Shown: positions 22,138-34,451, counted from the whole stretch's first letter. The stretch is 63,501 nt of DNA, filler included, from Perkinsus olseni (GCA_013115125.1; 13 parts of 13 records of this genome joined end to end with filler, not necessarily neighbours in it), one strand, 5' to 3'. Numbers and translations: made by a program. Notes: a model not told the origin generated them from the letters alone.

Positions 22138-24211
22138 TCAGCTTGCAGACAGCGCTCCAGCTTTCGGAGCTCCGTCCTTCTTCACTTGAACCCACTTCTT
22201 GCCGTCGGAACCCGAGCTGCGTTGAGCTCCTGATCCTTTCCGTCGAGCAAGTCGATTTGGTCGGCCAGCACCAGCGGAGTTCACTGAATCAAACGACCCA
22301 CTCCCTCTACTCCGCCCTTTGCCACCGCCGCCACCACCTTTGCCCTTGCCTGAAGAAAGACCACGCGTCGTCTGCTGTAGCGCACTGGGTGCTGTTCTTA
22401 CCCTTGCCCTTCCCTCGCCGAGGACCCGGACCATCACCGAGACGATAAAACTCATCACCGAGCTCTCGCGACTCCTTGGCCATGTCCTCGAAAACATCAT
22501 GATACTGGAGATGGCTGTCCAGCAGCAACTTGGCGTCATCGAGGTCCTGCCTTCTGCCACTGAGTACCAGACAAGGCGAGCCCGTTGACTCATCGAGTCG
22601 GGCATAATTCAAGTTCGCGGAGTCTGCTATCTCATGCAGTGTGGCGAACCGACGACCGATAACCCAACCAATGCAATCCTGTGGTATTGGGTACCTGCAG
22701 AGCCAATGAGAAGGCTCGACACTCAGTGACCCCCTACCTCTCGGTAAGGTACTCGAGCTCGGCCCTAGCCTTATTTACTGCCTCAACCGACGGGCCATAT
22801 ATGACCACCCTCCTAGATTTGGGGTCTCTTGCAGTACCCTTGTCAGCAACGTTAACTTCAACTCCGTAGTCCTTGATCACTCTATTTATATGAGCGCCGT
22901 TCTTGCCAATCATAACACCGACCAGGTCGGAGTCGATATTGAAGGAGGCCGACTCCTGGCTCTCCAATTTCTCACGCCGTGACGATAGTGCCTAGAGTAC
23001 CCCCTTGCAGCGAGCGATGACCGATGAGTACTTCTCCTACGTCGAGCATAGCCTGTCGCTTCTCGTGGAAGCCCTGGATCTCCTTTTGATGCTTAACATG
23101 AACGTCGAGCAGGAGCTTGGCCCGGTGGATGTCTCGCTGGCTACCGATGAGGGTTACCGATGGGCCAGTCTTTTGATCGGCCCGCGGCGTTATCTGAGGG
23201 GCATCGAGTTCTCTGGAATCGCAAGGCCGGCTGACGTGAGCCCGATGCACCGCGACGGGCACATATACCGGTGATAGCAGAGAGCGGAACAGCAAGGCTG
23301 AGTGGTACTACCTTCAACAGACCTGATTTGATCGCCACTTGATTGAGGCAGCCTTGACCGTCATCACTCATTATCCAGTCACCGAGGACCTTGGGAACTT
23401 TAACAGTCTCTGAGCTCAAGTCTGATAGGCTGGTAGGACCTGAGACCAGTCGCACATCTTCCAAAAGGCACAGACAAAGTCGTTCATTAACGATTCGATC
23501 AGTGGACAGTCTTACTCAAGCTCCGACCAGAGTCACTTCCGTCGTCAGGGCAGCCCATAGGTCGGCGAAGGTTCGCACGCTCGACGATGATCGGCTCATG
23601 CAACTCGGAATTTTTAACATAGAAAAACTCATCAGCTCGGATGCTGACGATCTCACCACTCCACCAACTGACCGGGGCGTGTCCAGTAGCGGGCGACCTA
23701 ACCTGACACGACACCTATCGTTACAGTACCGTAAATCCCACAACTCCTACTTCAACAGTGTCTCCCTCTCTAGGCATATACTCGTACGCTGAGCTCAATG
23801 CCTTGCTCGTTAAAGAGGGGACCAAGCGTGCCTGAGCCGTGCATTCTCAGCAAATTAACGACGAGGCGATCTATTCAAACAACGGAGTGGCCCACCTACC
23901 TGGGACATTGGTACAGTCTTCGGTCCCCAAACGTCATCTTGGAAGGCGACTGTTATCTGAAAAGTAAATGATGTTATTCAACTATGTCTACTAGAAAAAA
24001 CCCCCACCATCTTCTTAGCCACATCAACGTCGGCCAGATAACCTTCGAACCTGACAGAACAAGTTGATCCACGAAGGGCGCACCGATTGGCTCAGTATCA
24101 TCACCATTTCTGTGGAGCAGTTTCATCCCTGATTTCAACTAAGGGCGAATAACGGTGAACACTGTCCCGATCTAGGCCCGACAGCGTTGACGGGGTGCTG
24201 CACTCGGCCAT
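22138..24211 (-). CDS. Fragile-X (FMRP/FXR)-like RNA-binding protein: 2 Agenet/Tudor + KH0 + 2 KH + RG-rich tail, multi-exon
   Basis: Exons give LVEIRDE..WFEGYLADVD; VSWWSGEIVSIRADEFFYV..IVERANLR; RAKLLLDVHVKH; LVGVMIGKNGAHINRV; CIGWVIGRRFATL; DDAKLLLDSHLQY; RRGKGKG..GGGGGKGRSRG. Short GT-AG introns separate them. Confidence 0.8.
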
Positions 24212-24805
24212 GATGATGATCTCTCTTAAGGACCAAAAATAATTGAATAAAAACTCTGACACCGAGGACCGTACGCTTCTTGTGCGGGGTTGGGGTTGCG
24301 ACCGAAGAGGCTCTCCGTATCTTTCCAGCTTCAACCTCAGCTGCTCGACGGAGAGAAGGGCAGCGATCCCTGCTTTCGGGCCGCCAGTTCACGCGCCATA
24401 ACGCACAAGCTAGCGCTGGGATCCAGTGGTCGCTCTGAGAATTGAGGAGTATCTTACGCACTTGCATAGTCTTGCAGTTTCTCAACGGTGATGTGCGCGT
24501 CTTGAACAATTGGCTAGGGTTCCTACGATGCTTAAGAACGTGGTTATTACTGAGACCCTCACAGAAAGAAAGTTCGTTCGTGGTGAGTCAACCACGAACG
24601 AACTTTCTTACGTTACGACCACTCGACTCGACTCTGCTNNNNNNNNNNNNNNNNNNNNNNNNNNNNNNNNNNNNNNNNNNNNTTAATTAATTAANNNNNN
24701 NNNNNNNNNNNNNNNNNNNNNNNNNNNNNNNNNNNNNNCATCGCAACACAATGAGTGCCTAACTCGAGATCGCACGTCTAGCGGCTTTGCTGCGAGTGTG
24801 CCTAG

Positions 24806-26696
24806 ATGGACTTCGTCTATGTGCCGGCGCCAAGGCGGTTCCCACCTCCTCCTGTTCCGGCGGCTACGGCTAAGATGCCGCCCGTAAGGCCTTTGATGAC
24901 AACGGCTATGAGGTCTCATCGTGGCGGTATGAAAGGGAGTGTGGGTGGTTCAAGGGTCCCTCTTGTACGACGATCATCTTCGCCCTCTACGACGTGGTTT
25001 TCGGCTAGATCCACTGAGAGTCCTGTATGTGAGGTTGTCGAGTCTGCTCCCAGTGGGCTTCCCACTGGAAGGCTTGACATTGAAGGCCTATCATCTATCA
25101 TCTTCTTTAACTACGGGCGAGTGGTCGCCGAGGACTAAGGCCTTGTATGATGTGGTGAAGGAAAAATATGGTTCTTCTCGAGAGCTTTGGAAGCCATGGT
25201 TTGCTGCTGAACCGACGCCGGTGCCCTTACTAGATCAGTCCACTATCTACGATATTTGAAATGCTAACCATTTGCTTTTGCCTTCCGGGTTCTTGAGATC
25301 CACGGGAGATGAGATGCAGGTCCCTGGCCAATCTTTTTCTTCGTCGTCCATCCCCGCGGAGCAGCCTCAAGAACCAAGGCCTTTGCCGGTAACTAGAAGG
25401 ATCAGGTTGGCGCCCTCACCGTCGTCAGCGACGCCTAGTGTCATGTCGCTTGGTTCTAATATGGTTATACCGGATGCAGATAGTGAGGTGGATCATACTT
25501 GTGGTGCAGTCTCGATTATGTCGTCACAAACAGCAGCTAGGCCATCCTCGACTCAGTCTTTGCTGCCTCCTCCGAATGTTGTTATTAACATTCCCTTGGG
25601 TGTAACTAAGGCCTCCGAACAGTTCGGCTTATCGGCCCCGACAAGTCCCGGCTTCGACTTGGATTTCTCTCACGACTACGCCTTCCTTATACCCCGGTTC
25701 TATAGCCCGTCTTTCGAGGATCGCTATAATTGGTTGTGGAAATGGGAGGTCGGTCAAGATGATTGCGACTATCGGAGCTGGAAGACGGCTCTCAAGTTGG
25801 CCAAGCCTGTCTTGGACGATACCTGTTACAAGCACCTGAACAGGCCTTATGGGGTTAATCATGCTGTAATTGCAGGTCTCTTTGACGAGCAGCTCTTACG
25901 GGAACCCGTTGCGGGTCTCGTGATTTCCATATCAGGCCTTCTTTCTGGTCCAAAGAAGTTCGGAAAATATGATAATTACTTACCCTCTCCGGCGGCTCTC
26001 CTGAGGTGGACTCAAGAAGCCGGGGTAGCTTCGCATTTGGTGGTGTATCATACTACAGGCCTTCGCCCTTATGGTAACATCGGTAACTCCGCCAATCTGT
26101 TCCTGTGCTGTCCCCGCCATACTGACGAAGCAATATTCAGGGTGACGCGGCAGTCTTCGGTTAGACCTTTTCGCGAAGGTACTACCTTGTTTATAGGTAG
26201 GAGCGATAAGACCTTTTCCACTACCCTGTGTGACGAACAAGGACGACAGTCTGGGCTTACGGTGGCTGAGGTACAAGTGGCGCAACTGCTAACCCTGCAT
26301 AAGGCTAAGGCAGTAAACCATGCCTTGATGGAGTATGAGTCCGCTCAGAAGACGACTGTTGGTAACTACAAGGTTCTTGGTAAGTACTTACCTCAGGCCT
26401 TCGAGGTGCGTGATGATGGATGGGTATGTACTTCCTTTGAGGAAGTTGAAAAGGCCCCCCGCCCGGAGTTGGTTCGTGGTAAGGCTACTACTTACAAGGC
26501 CGGTGGTAAAGACGTGCCCTCTTTGAACGAGCTCTATCGTACTCTCCCGGAGTCGTCTAGAGACATTGCTGAGGCCTTGTCGGGCCTGGGAAAGCAATAT
26601 CGGGTTAGAACTGGTGATGGATTGAGGCCTTTGGCGGAGGAATCACCCGGTCCAGGACAAGGATCTTCGAGTTCGAGTGCGGACGTGGCAGAATAA
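24806..26696 (+). pseudogene. Intronless unknown ORF (~630 aa reconstructed; 474 aa open) at the 3' end of an LTR retroelement
   Basis: The frame from 24806 shifts near 25136 into the 24939 frame, which continues through one TGA (25257-25259) in frame with ORF 25272-26696. It ends ~115 bp before a PPT-TG junction. Confidence 0.55.
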
Positions 26697-26809
26697 GGCC
26701 GATGATGAATGATTTTGGTGTTGATATCATTCTCTAGGCCTTGATTTTTGAGATTTTTTTATGAAGTTATGCCTGCGTGGAATCTACTTTTGAAGGATGG
26801 TTCAAGCTT

Positions 26810-27024
26810 GGCGGGGAGGTATGTAAGCGGAAGTTGTGGAGCGGTGCATCGCTCCGCCTTCCGTGAAGCAGAATCCCTATGTCAGCTTGTCCCATTTAGG
26901 CCTTCATCCTTGTGACAATTCCCGCAGATCTTGTGGCTTAGCTGTAGAAGCTTAGTGCGCTATAATATGTATCAGATTATTGAGTAGATTCAAACGATTG
27001 ATTCCCATTAAGTCCTTTTGTTGG

Positions 27025-27070
<46 letters not shown>

Positions 27071-27192
27071 GACTAAGGCCTTATCTGGTGGTATCTTGGA
27101 GTGGTTGAGTTATTCAGTTGGCGCGTGAGTTGGTTCACACACCTACTTCCTTACTATAAGGCTTATTTATATTCTTGTGGGTGAGGACATCA
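26810..27192 (+). mobile_element. Polypurine tract and putative 3' LTR
   Basis: ggcggggaggta directly followed by TGTAAGCG (26822). The end is placed tentatively at ...gaggacatCA (27192), where the sequence turns into a MULE remnant. Confidence 0.5.
27025..27070. repeat. (TAC)n microsatellite, ~15 units
   Basis: Direct reading of the sequence. Confidence 0.95.
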
Positions 27193-27355
27193 ATACCGAC
27201 CACACCAACAAGCCTTTGACTTACCTCCAACCGTGTCCAGGCACTCGCGTGCAATCGAGGGGACCAACTCGGCGCTGCGCAGAGGTGGCAGTACTCTTAG
27301 GTAGGATAGCAGTAGCACTGATAGCAGTACTCTTAAGTAGGATAGCAGTGGCAAT

Positions 27356-27854
27356 ATGAACAGTGTTCATCGAACACGATCCCGCCCAGGTCAAATAACT
27401 CCAGGCCCCAAGACATCAGCTGCCGAGAACACCTTCATTGATTCCGATCAACAGAGATACTTCGTGCCAACTCCTCATTGTGTATCGATCTGCAAGGAGC
27501 GACGCCGTCTTAACGACTTTGTCGCGCGGTTTGAAGAGAAACTCGACGACCTCGACGCCTCCTGGGATTCCCAGGTGACTTTGTCGCGCGGTTTGAAGAG
27601 AAACTCGACGACCTCGACGCCTCCTGGGATTCCCAGGCTGGGAAGACTGGACCTGGTATAACTATGAGTTGGACATATCATGCATACACGTCGTCACGAG
27701 ACGTGCAGGGCAACTTACATGTAACTGCTATTGTAGCCGCAAGGGCTACTGTAAACATGCACTAGGTCACTATGCACTTGGAGTTTGGGTACCTGATATC
27801 AGCCTGGTAGACTTACTACTGCTAGGGGAAGTCAATAAAGAGCGAGCGAAGTGA
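27356..27854 (+). mobile_element. Degenerate MULE transposase C-terminal fragment (SWIM finger)
   Basis: FIDSDQQRYFVPT..RRRLNDFVARF..ASWD and LTCNCYCSRKGYCKHALG align by eye with the contig-4 MULE (ISDDDSCYFIPS..RQELDDTMASF..GSWD..CSC..CKHVLA). Disrupted by a 61-bp duplication (27515-27575 and 27577-27637). Confidence 0.7.
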
Positions 27855-28433
27855 GAAGATCTTTGCGCTTACACTCACCGGCTCCATATTGTTCTGCGCA
27901 GATACACCAAGGCCAAAGGGCTCACTCCAGATGCAGATTACGTACGAGGGCAGCTGGAAATAGTCAGGATGGCTGATGTCAGCTCGGGAATCGGTTCAAG
28001 TCCCCAGTTTCCACGCGACGCCTTGAAACTCGAACCACCGCGAAGTGTGGACCTGAACAAGCAATACCGAGAGATGGCGGCGGGACAGCTAGAAGATATC
28101 CCAGATCCTACGGTGCAGCAGACGCAACCTCCCATAAACCCAGCGAGCCCATCTTTTCACTGGAGTTAATTTATTAACAGACGTAAAATGCGTCTAAGTG
28201 TAGCCCCGAATCGTCGTGGGAGTGCGAAGCACTAATCTGGCACAACTGCTCTGTCTCCCTGTGTTGCGCTGACGCTATGAGGAAGTGCGAGTAGTCCAAT
28301 GTGGCTAATGAGAAGCTGGTTAGCATCAAGTGCAGTGTCTTCATAGCTCAGTATCTCACGTCTAGACCCATCTTGGTTCAAGTATCAGTTGACGGTATAC
28401 GTCCCTTTGACTTTCTCTCCCCAATTTTTTCTT

Positions 28434-29548
28434 ATGGCAAATCAACAGGAAGCCGTCAACAAGAACATTCTGGAACCTCTCCTGGACGGTGAAGCCATCG
28501 ACCAGGAAATCAAAGACCTGATGCTGGCCCAGTTAGTTGAGGAGAAGATATATTCCATAATGCTTTTGGCCAACGTCGGTGAAGAAGCCGTCACTCGTAT
28601 GACGAGTCGCCTGCCGGTCGAACAGCAACAATCTTTCAAGCTGCACTTGGTGTCATTGATCGACGAGGCCAAGGCTTGGCGTGCAGCCAAACGACGCCGA
28701 CATGAGCAAGAAGGAGAAGCTAATGACCTAGCCACCTACAGGGAGAATCTACGGCAGAGGTTTGGCCAGAATGCCGAGCCCCCTACAAACATTATGCCTC
28801 CAACAAGTCTGATAGCTAAGGTCGGCAATGACTATATTTCTGTTCAAGAATTCCTGGGTACCTCTTCTTCTTCGACTAATGCTACGGGGGTGAAACACCT
28901 TGAGGATATCAATACCGGTAAGATGGCTGCGGTGAGGATCGGGAAGGTCAAAAAGATCAACACGTTGGCGCAGTGGGTTGAGGGCTTCTGCAAGTGGTGC
29001 ATGGCTCTGCTCTTGGTCAAGCCTGACAATCAGGCTGTCAACCCGCTTGGTATGCTTTCCTACTTGGTACGGCCATCCTAGATGGCAGCCTTCCACGAAG
29101 CTGGAAACAGTATAACGCAGGTCCTAAGCGATGACCTGGCCCCTTCCCTATATGTCGGAGCACAGCTGGGGACTCTCGATGACAAGGACCACATCTATGG
29201 TAAAGACGAGGACACTCGCCGTGACGAGATCTGTGTTTACTTCCAGCGAGGGCACTGCCGGAGAGGTAGCCGCTGCCCATTTCGTCACCAAGGCCGTCCA
29301 AGGTCGTTTTATGATGTAGACAGCGCCGGGAACACCCGACTAGACTCCCCATCCCCTAAGAGGCAAAGGAGGCGGTGCTACGGCACTGTTGCTCTGGTTC
29401 CTGTTTGGACTACTCTACGTCGACGACATGTTCTTCGCTATAGAGCGAGAACATGGAGTCGAGGGACTAGGGCTTATTCTTGCCTTCTGGGGTTGCCTGG
29501 GATTCGGTTTCTCCTACCGAAAGCTCCATTTAGGTCGCAAAGCGAAAT
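28434..29548 (+). mobile_element. Internally deleted DIRS/Ngaro-like retrotransposon: gag with CCCH finger joined to an RT fragment
   Basis: gag-like INTLAQWVEGFCKW..MLSYL, in-frame TAG at 29079-29081, CVYFQRGHCRRGSRCPFRH, then within ~100 bp LLYVDDMFF..LGFGFSYRKLHLG (RT motifs 5-6). The tyrosine recombinase is not visible because the contig ends. Confidence 0.6.
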
Positions 29549-30085
29549 NNNNNNNNNNNNNNNNNNNNNNNNNNNNNNNNNNNNNNNNNNNNTTAATTAA
29601 TTAANNNNNNNNNNNNNNNNNNNNNNNNNNNNNNNNNNNNNNNNNNNNGTTCCGTACTCGTCCAGGTGACAGTGCACGAGTCGAAAAACCGGATATGCTA
29701 AGAATTTGTGGAGGGGTGTACTCTCAATAACTCCGCAATTATGAACCACGATTCCATTAGTTTGAAATAAATGATCCAAGCGAAAGGGATGAGATCTACT
29801 TTGACGCGACCTTATCAAAAAGGGATGTGAAGATCTTGTAGGCGTGAAGGGAAGGGGTCAATAGACTGCTGCCTCTCCTGGATTTTGGTGACTCTTCCAG
29901 GATTAAACTTAACATGTACAAGACGGTCCACGAAGAGCCTCAAATCTCAGGAGAAGCAGACTATCAAACACCCGGGAAAAGTTCAAAAACTGTTCCCAAG
30001 TGAAAAAACTATCAGGCGGGCCGAGTCCCATACAAAACAATACTGCATCTCCACATCCGGTGACCATTTAGTCGGCAACAGTTAC

Positions 30086-30250
30086 CTCCTTCACCATCCT
30101 GGACAGTTTGTTGAGCTTGTTCCAATTTGGCGCTGATGATGAGAGTAACTCCTCCAGTTGCAAACGGAGAAGATTGGACCTGAATGACCAGCGGTCATTG
30201 GAGACGAGTAATGTCAGCTCTTCGACGAGAGGGGCAAAATAATAGCGATA
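30086..30250 (-). CDS. Exon resembling the N-terminus of Nrap/Utp22 (NOL6); rest of the gene not resolved
   Basis: APLVEELTLLVSNDRWSFRSNLLRLQLEELL followed by a GT donor at 30085; recalls the NOL6 motif P..EEL......F.S.LLRLQ.EELL. A clean downstream splice path could not be built. Confidence 0.4.
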
Positions 30251-31240
30251 TCATTTTGACAGACTAAAAGAGAGCTCCATCTTTCTGAGGGGCACTATAG
30301 AATCAATTCTGTCATGGACAATCCTGGGGCTATACTACTCATCTCGGGACGTCCACCTTGACCACTATGAGCTGCTAAAACTAGTTCTCGGGAATTCCCA
30401 TCTGATGCAGTTCATCGCAGTTCTGCAGTACCGCGCCGCAATGGGCTTTGGCAAGCCACGCCAAACGTGGCTGAATATCGATTACACTGCGCAACAAATT
30501 CGTAGGAAAAGCACCTTTCACAATTTTCTTGGACCCATGCTGAACAGTGGACGCGACCGGTTGATATGACGTTACTGTATGGGCTACGCATACAACAAGA
30601 CCGGAACTTGAGCTCGTGAGTCGCTCTAGTAGAAATTGAATATGACACTCGATATTTCTGTCCCGTAGATCGCGTTGTCGACCACAATTTTCAACAACAA
30701 TAAAAAGAACGGTGTATCTCTTCTCGTAGCATGCACTGGTTTGTGGCACCCCACCCCCCCTATGACCTGTGCATCGTCCTGTTATCATTGTTCTCGACAA
30801 TCGCCTGGGCGACAGTCTCCGGGCCAGCGACGACAGGAGGCATAGAGGAAAAAGGGTACCTCAACTACAACAACAGCTGCTCCTTCCGAGGGAATAACCG
30901 AAGACGATCTGCACGCATGCACACCAAGCGCTGGAGGACAACACAAAGACAACCGAATGGTCTATCAAGTGGCTGATGAGAGAGCGATCCAACAGATCAT
31001 TATGACGAGCCCGGTAGATTGTGTTCATAATGCTCGTGGTTCATAATAAGTATGCCATTGCCCAACCTTCATGACCGTATCTAGTAATCAGAGGGATTCG
31101 TTTTAAGCCTCTCATGCCACGATGACGCTGACCAGTCGATCCGATGCCCAAAGCAAGGACGTCATTCTTGCAATCTAGCCTTCTCTTGATATTCCTTAAC
31201 GCGAAGTTGCGATCTTGGCTCTGACGTTTGCTTCTCCACA

Positions 31241-32402
31241 ATGATGATATTAATTCTGACCTTCCCCGTCAGTGTCGTAGCATACGGTGAAGGAGTGGTA
31301 CACGCTGAGGGCCCGCCGCCCATCTTTCACCCTGCTGTAAATACAAAGTTCTTCCCCAACGACCCGCACATCGTCGATAAACCCAAAGATGGTCACGGTG
31401 TAGTGTGGTCAGAAACCTCGGGACGGGAGGACGCTGCCAAGGTCGAAGCACGCTCATCACGGAATGACGACGATCGGGACAGACGAGAATCTTCGGCGCT
31501 TGAGCTCCTCGAAAAGTTGAGGGATCATCATGAAGAGATAATTACCCGAGGGAATTACCAATTCGCCCACGACGACGCTGACAGCATGGCCTTGGTGATT
31601 GACAGAATCCTAGGGCTCCTAGAAGAAGGGAGGGAGGGAGGCGTTCACAACTCTGAGCTCTTATCGGCGCTGTGGGCCTTGCACGACCTACACCCGCAGC
31701 TGTTCGAGGCTGCTGTGGACGATCGGCATCGGGACTACCTCCATGCTTTGGCGCAGAGTGGGAGCTTCATTGGGGACTACCATCTTGAAGGAGCCCCTCA
31801 CCAGCAGGGGGAAGACAGTGCACACGACAGAGCGGAAGAAACCAGCACACAAGGCGTGGTGGTGGTTGAAGAAGCGGGAGAGCAAAGCCAGGAAACCGAA
31901 ACTGTCTCGGAAGTGGACCAACAGTCGACGCATGACGCCCCCATAGGGGAAGTATCGACGGAGGGAGAGCACCTTTCTGAGGTGGGAAACCTCCTCTCCC
32001 ACGACCCTGATCACAGCAACGCTGAGTACGGAGCTGCCCACGCGATAGAAGTCATCTACCCCACAGTGAGACCCGGGCCTTGGCAGTTCACAAGCATGCC
32101 ATTACTGTCAGACTCGACCCACCGTATATGATGATGATTAGCAGCAGCAGCAGCCGCCGCGACGACGATTGGTGGAGGACAGTCTGCGAGGGCGGCCCTC
32201 GTCGGAGGCCGCCGTCCTTCTCGTCGTGCTGGTCAGAATCACCGCTATTTCTTCCCTTTGTAGTTCGTGTTTTCAGGGCGTGATCGGCGGTACCCTTGTA
32301 TGCTACTACCTGCATCACCGAAAGCAGGGCTATCAGCGGTCATGGTCTTTGCCTCCCCCACTGGAGAGGGAGATGTCCAGGGATGTACTGGATGACTTGT
32401 AG
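31241..32402 (+). CDS. Putative type I membrane protein with an acidic, His-rich ectodomain
   Basis: Signal peptide MMILILTFPVSVVAYG and a long first exon. After two short introns, TM segment AAVLLVVLGVIGGTLVCYYL followed by HHRK and a short tail ending at 32402. Confidence 0.65.
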
Positions 32403-32873
32403 CCGACACATAAGTGTCCATCGTCATGAACTGTGACGAAAAGATGCTGTCATTGATCGGGGCTCTTGCGTTGATCAGTACGGCTGATACACAGTCATTC
32501 CAGTGGGGGCTTGAGTAAACACCCAAGCCCAATTGTGAGACAGACTCGGTCTGCCTTAGGAGGGCGCCGCCCACAACCAAGTCACGAGGAAGTGTTCCAT
32601 GGCCTTGTCGTACTTAGTCGAGTCGTATTGGAAATAGTCTTCGCCCTCTCTCCCCCTCCTAGAATTAGGCATTGAAAGAAGAACGCAGGCTGAAGAGGTT
32701 GGAGCTCTTCACGCTTCTCACTTCCCGGCTGAGCTGATGCTCAGTATTTTCTCTGCATACCGCACTCCAATGGACGTTGATAGGGCGGTTAGTCTGACGC
32801 GCTTATTTAGCATAATAGAAAAGCAAAGAGAGCGGTCCCTTCGCTCGGGGTGAGCTCTCCGTCCTGACGCCAT

Positions 32874-33730
32874 GTGAATATTGCACCCTTCGTCAGCTTG
32901 GCAGCCTTCACTGTCGCTTCACGACTGGCGAGACAGCGTCAGTACTACATCGGAAGAGCGGAAATCTTCGAGCGCCGGGCGACTAGGGTCATCAAGGAGC
33001 TCAGAATGATGGATAGATGTTCCGGCGTGGCTGTGTCAAGGTCGAGAACGGCGGATGAAACTCGCGAGAAGGGAGAGCGCGGGCGGGCCTCGGTGAGTCG
33101 CCTCGGTCGCTCTGTACTGGTACGGCTGCCTACGCAGGGTGCGCGGCTTCCGAAGGTGGTCCGCAATGAGGAGGGCCCTTCAAGGCGGCCAGGCACCCTC
33201 GCTAGGAAGGACAGCACTGGTCGGGCCCACGACGCCTTCGTGCTACCATCGACTCCCTCTCAGTTTCTATGAGCCACATTCTCTCCTCCCCTCTGGCTGA
33301 GCTCTTCGGCGTCACAGCGTCGCACGTAATCGACTCACCGAGAAGAACCAACGGCAAGCAGCTCAGGCCCCTCTCTCAGAAGGGAGGTGGGAGGCTCCGT
33401 GGGGGTGAGCTACGGTCTATTGAGAGAGTTGACGATGACATGGAATCGCCAATTTGCTGTTCAGCTACCCGGCGAGTGCGAGGGAAGGGCGTCCCTCGGG
33501 TCACACCAGGCATGTCTTTGGATGAGTTCATGCACGCCATGCCCGAACCCCTGGTTGAAGAGATCATGAGCGAATACTCCGACAGGACTCATTATGACCG
33601 GGAGAAAGGAAACGGTAAGAAGCTCCAATGGAGCTGCACCATGGTAGGGCCGATGCTTGGCGGCGATTAGGATGACGAAGAAGAGGGAATTCATTTGTTC
33701 ATATCTTGATGAGATCTTCAGCTCATCTGA
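32874..33730 (+). CDS. Hypothetical spliced protein; boundaries uncertain
   Basis: Successive protein-like open segments (RLARQRQYYIGRAEIFERRATRVIKEL; MSLDEFMHAMPEPLVEEIMSEY) separated by GTGAGT/GTAAGA donors; no recognisable domain. Confidence 0.35.
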
Positions 33731-34379
33731 TGGGACACAGCTCCGGCTATTGAACGTCCCCGTTCGGCCACTGACCCAGGGAATTATTCAGTCTTCATCG
33801 TGATGACGAGCTGAGCTGGCGTCGCCGAGGATCGGAGGGTTTGCCACACGTTGTTATTTAGGCCCTAACAACACGACACCCACGACTGACGATGACTTTG
33901 CGTGCTCTCGAGAGCTAACGCGAGAGGACTCCGCCCTCTGTCAGTTTTCTGTGAGTAACTGCCCGCCCTCTACTCATTGCGCCATCTTGTAGACTCTTGT
34001 CGTGTAAATTAAGGTATTCGTTCGTTGTCTTTGGCTGATGGTTGAACCCTCAGGATCGCTCCGGTCTGACGGCCGGGTTGACCCTACTGGGAATCTATAG
34101 AGAAGATACTTCCTGTTCTACTAGATTCTGAGATATCTTCCCACCATGTACCATGCCATCGATTTTAACAATTTTCAACTCTATTCAATCGCTCCCTATT
34201 TCGTCGAATCGTTCTTTTTTCGGGAGCACAGAGTGTCGCGTTGGATTTCGAATCATGATCGTCAAGTGGTGGTGGTGGTGTCCAAACATGGGTTCCTCCC
34301 GGGATCAGCTCCTGGCCGGGTGATACTGTGGCAGCAATGACTCTAGCACACCTCCCGTGGTCGACAAGATATTTTCGTT

Positions 34380-34451
34380 GACACTTTGGCCGAGTGGTTA
34401 AGGCGGCGGCCTGCTAAGCCGTTGGGCTCTGCCCGCGAGGGTTCGAATCCC
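34380..34451 (+). tRNA. tRNA-Ser(GCT), 3' end cut by the contig end
   Basis: GACACTT-TG-GCCGAGTGGTTAAGGC-G-GCGGC-CTGCTAA-GCCGT, long variable arm TGGGCTCTGCCCGC, then GAGGG-TTCGAAT-CCC. Confidence 0.95.

Noticed and set aside
26822-27873. Longer LTR defined by TGTAAGCG...CGCTTACA inverted ends
   Set aside because: It would enclose the MULE SWIM remnant, and the AGGCCT signature stops near 27080. An 8-bp match can arise by chance.
568-29081. Recurrent in-frame stops in otherwise open genes, suggesting stop-codon reassignment or readthrough
   Set aside because: The stops replace different residues (probable W by TAG at 568, W by TGA at 13165, G by TGA at 19955), each one substitution from the sense codon. 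TAG, TGA and TAA all terminate intact genes here. Ordinary nonsense mutations explain them.
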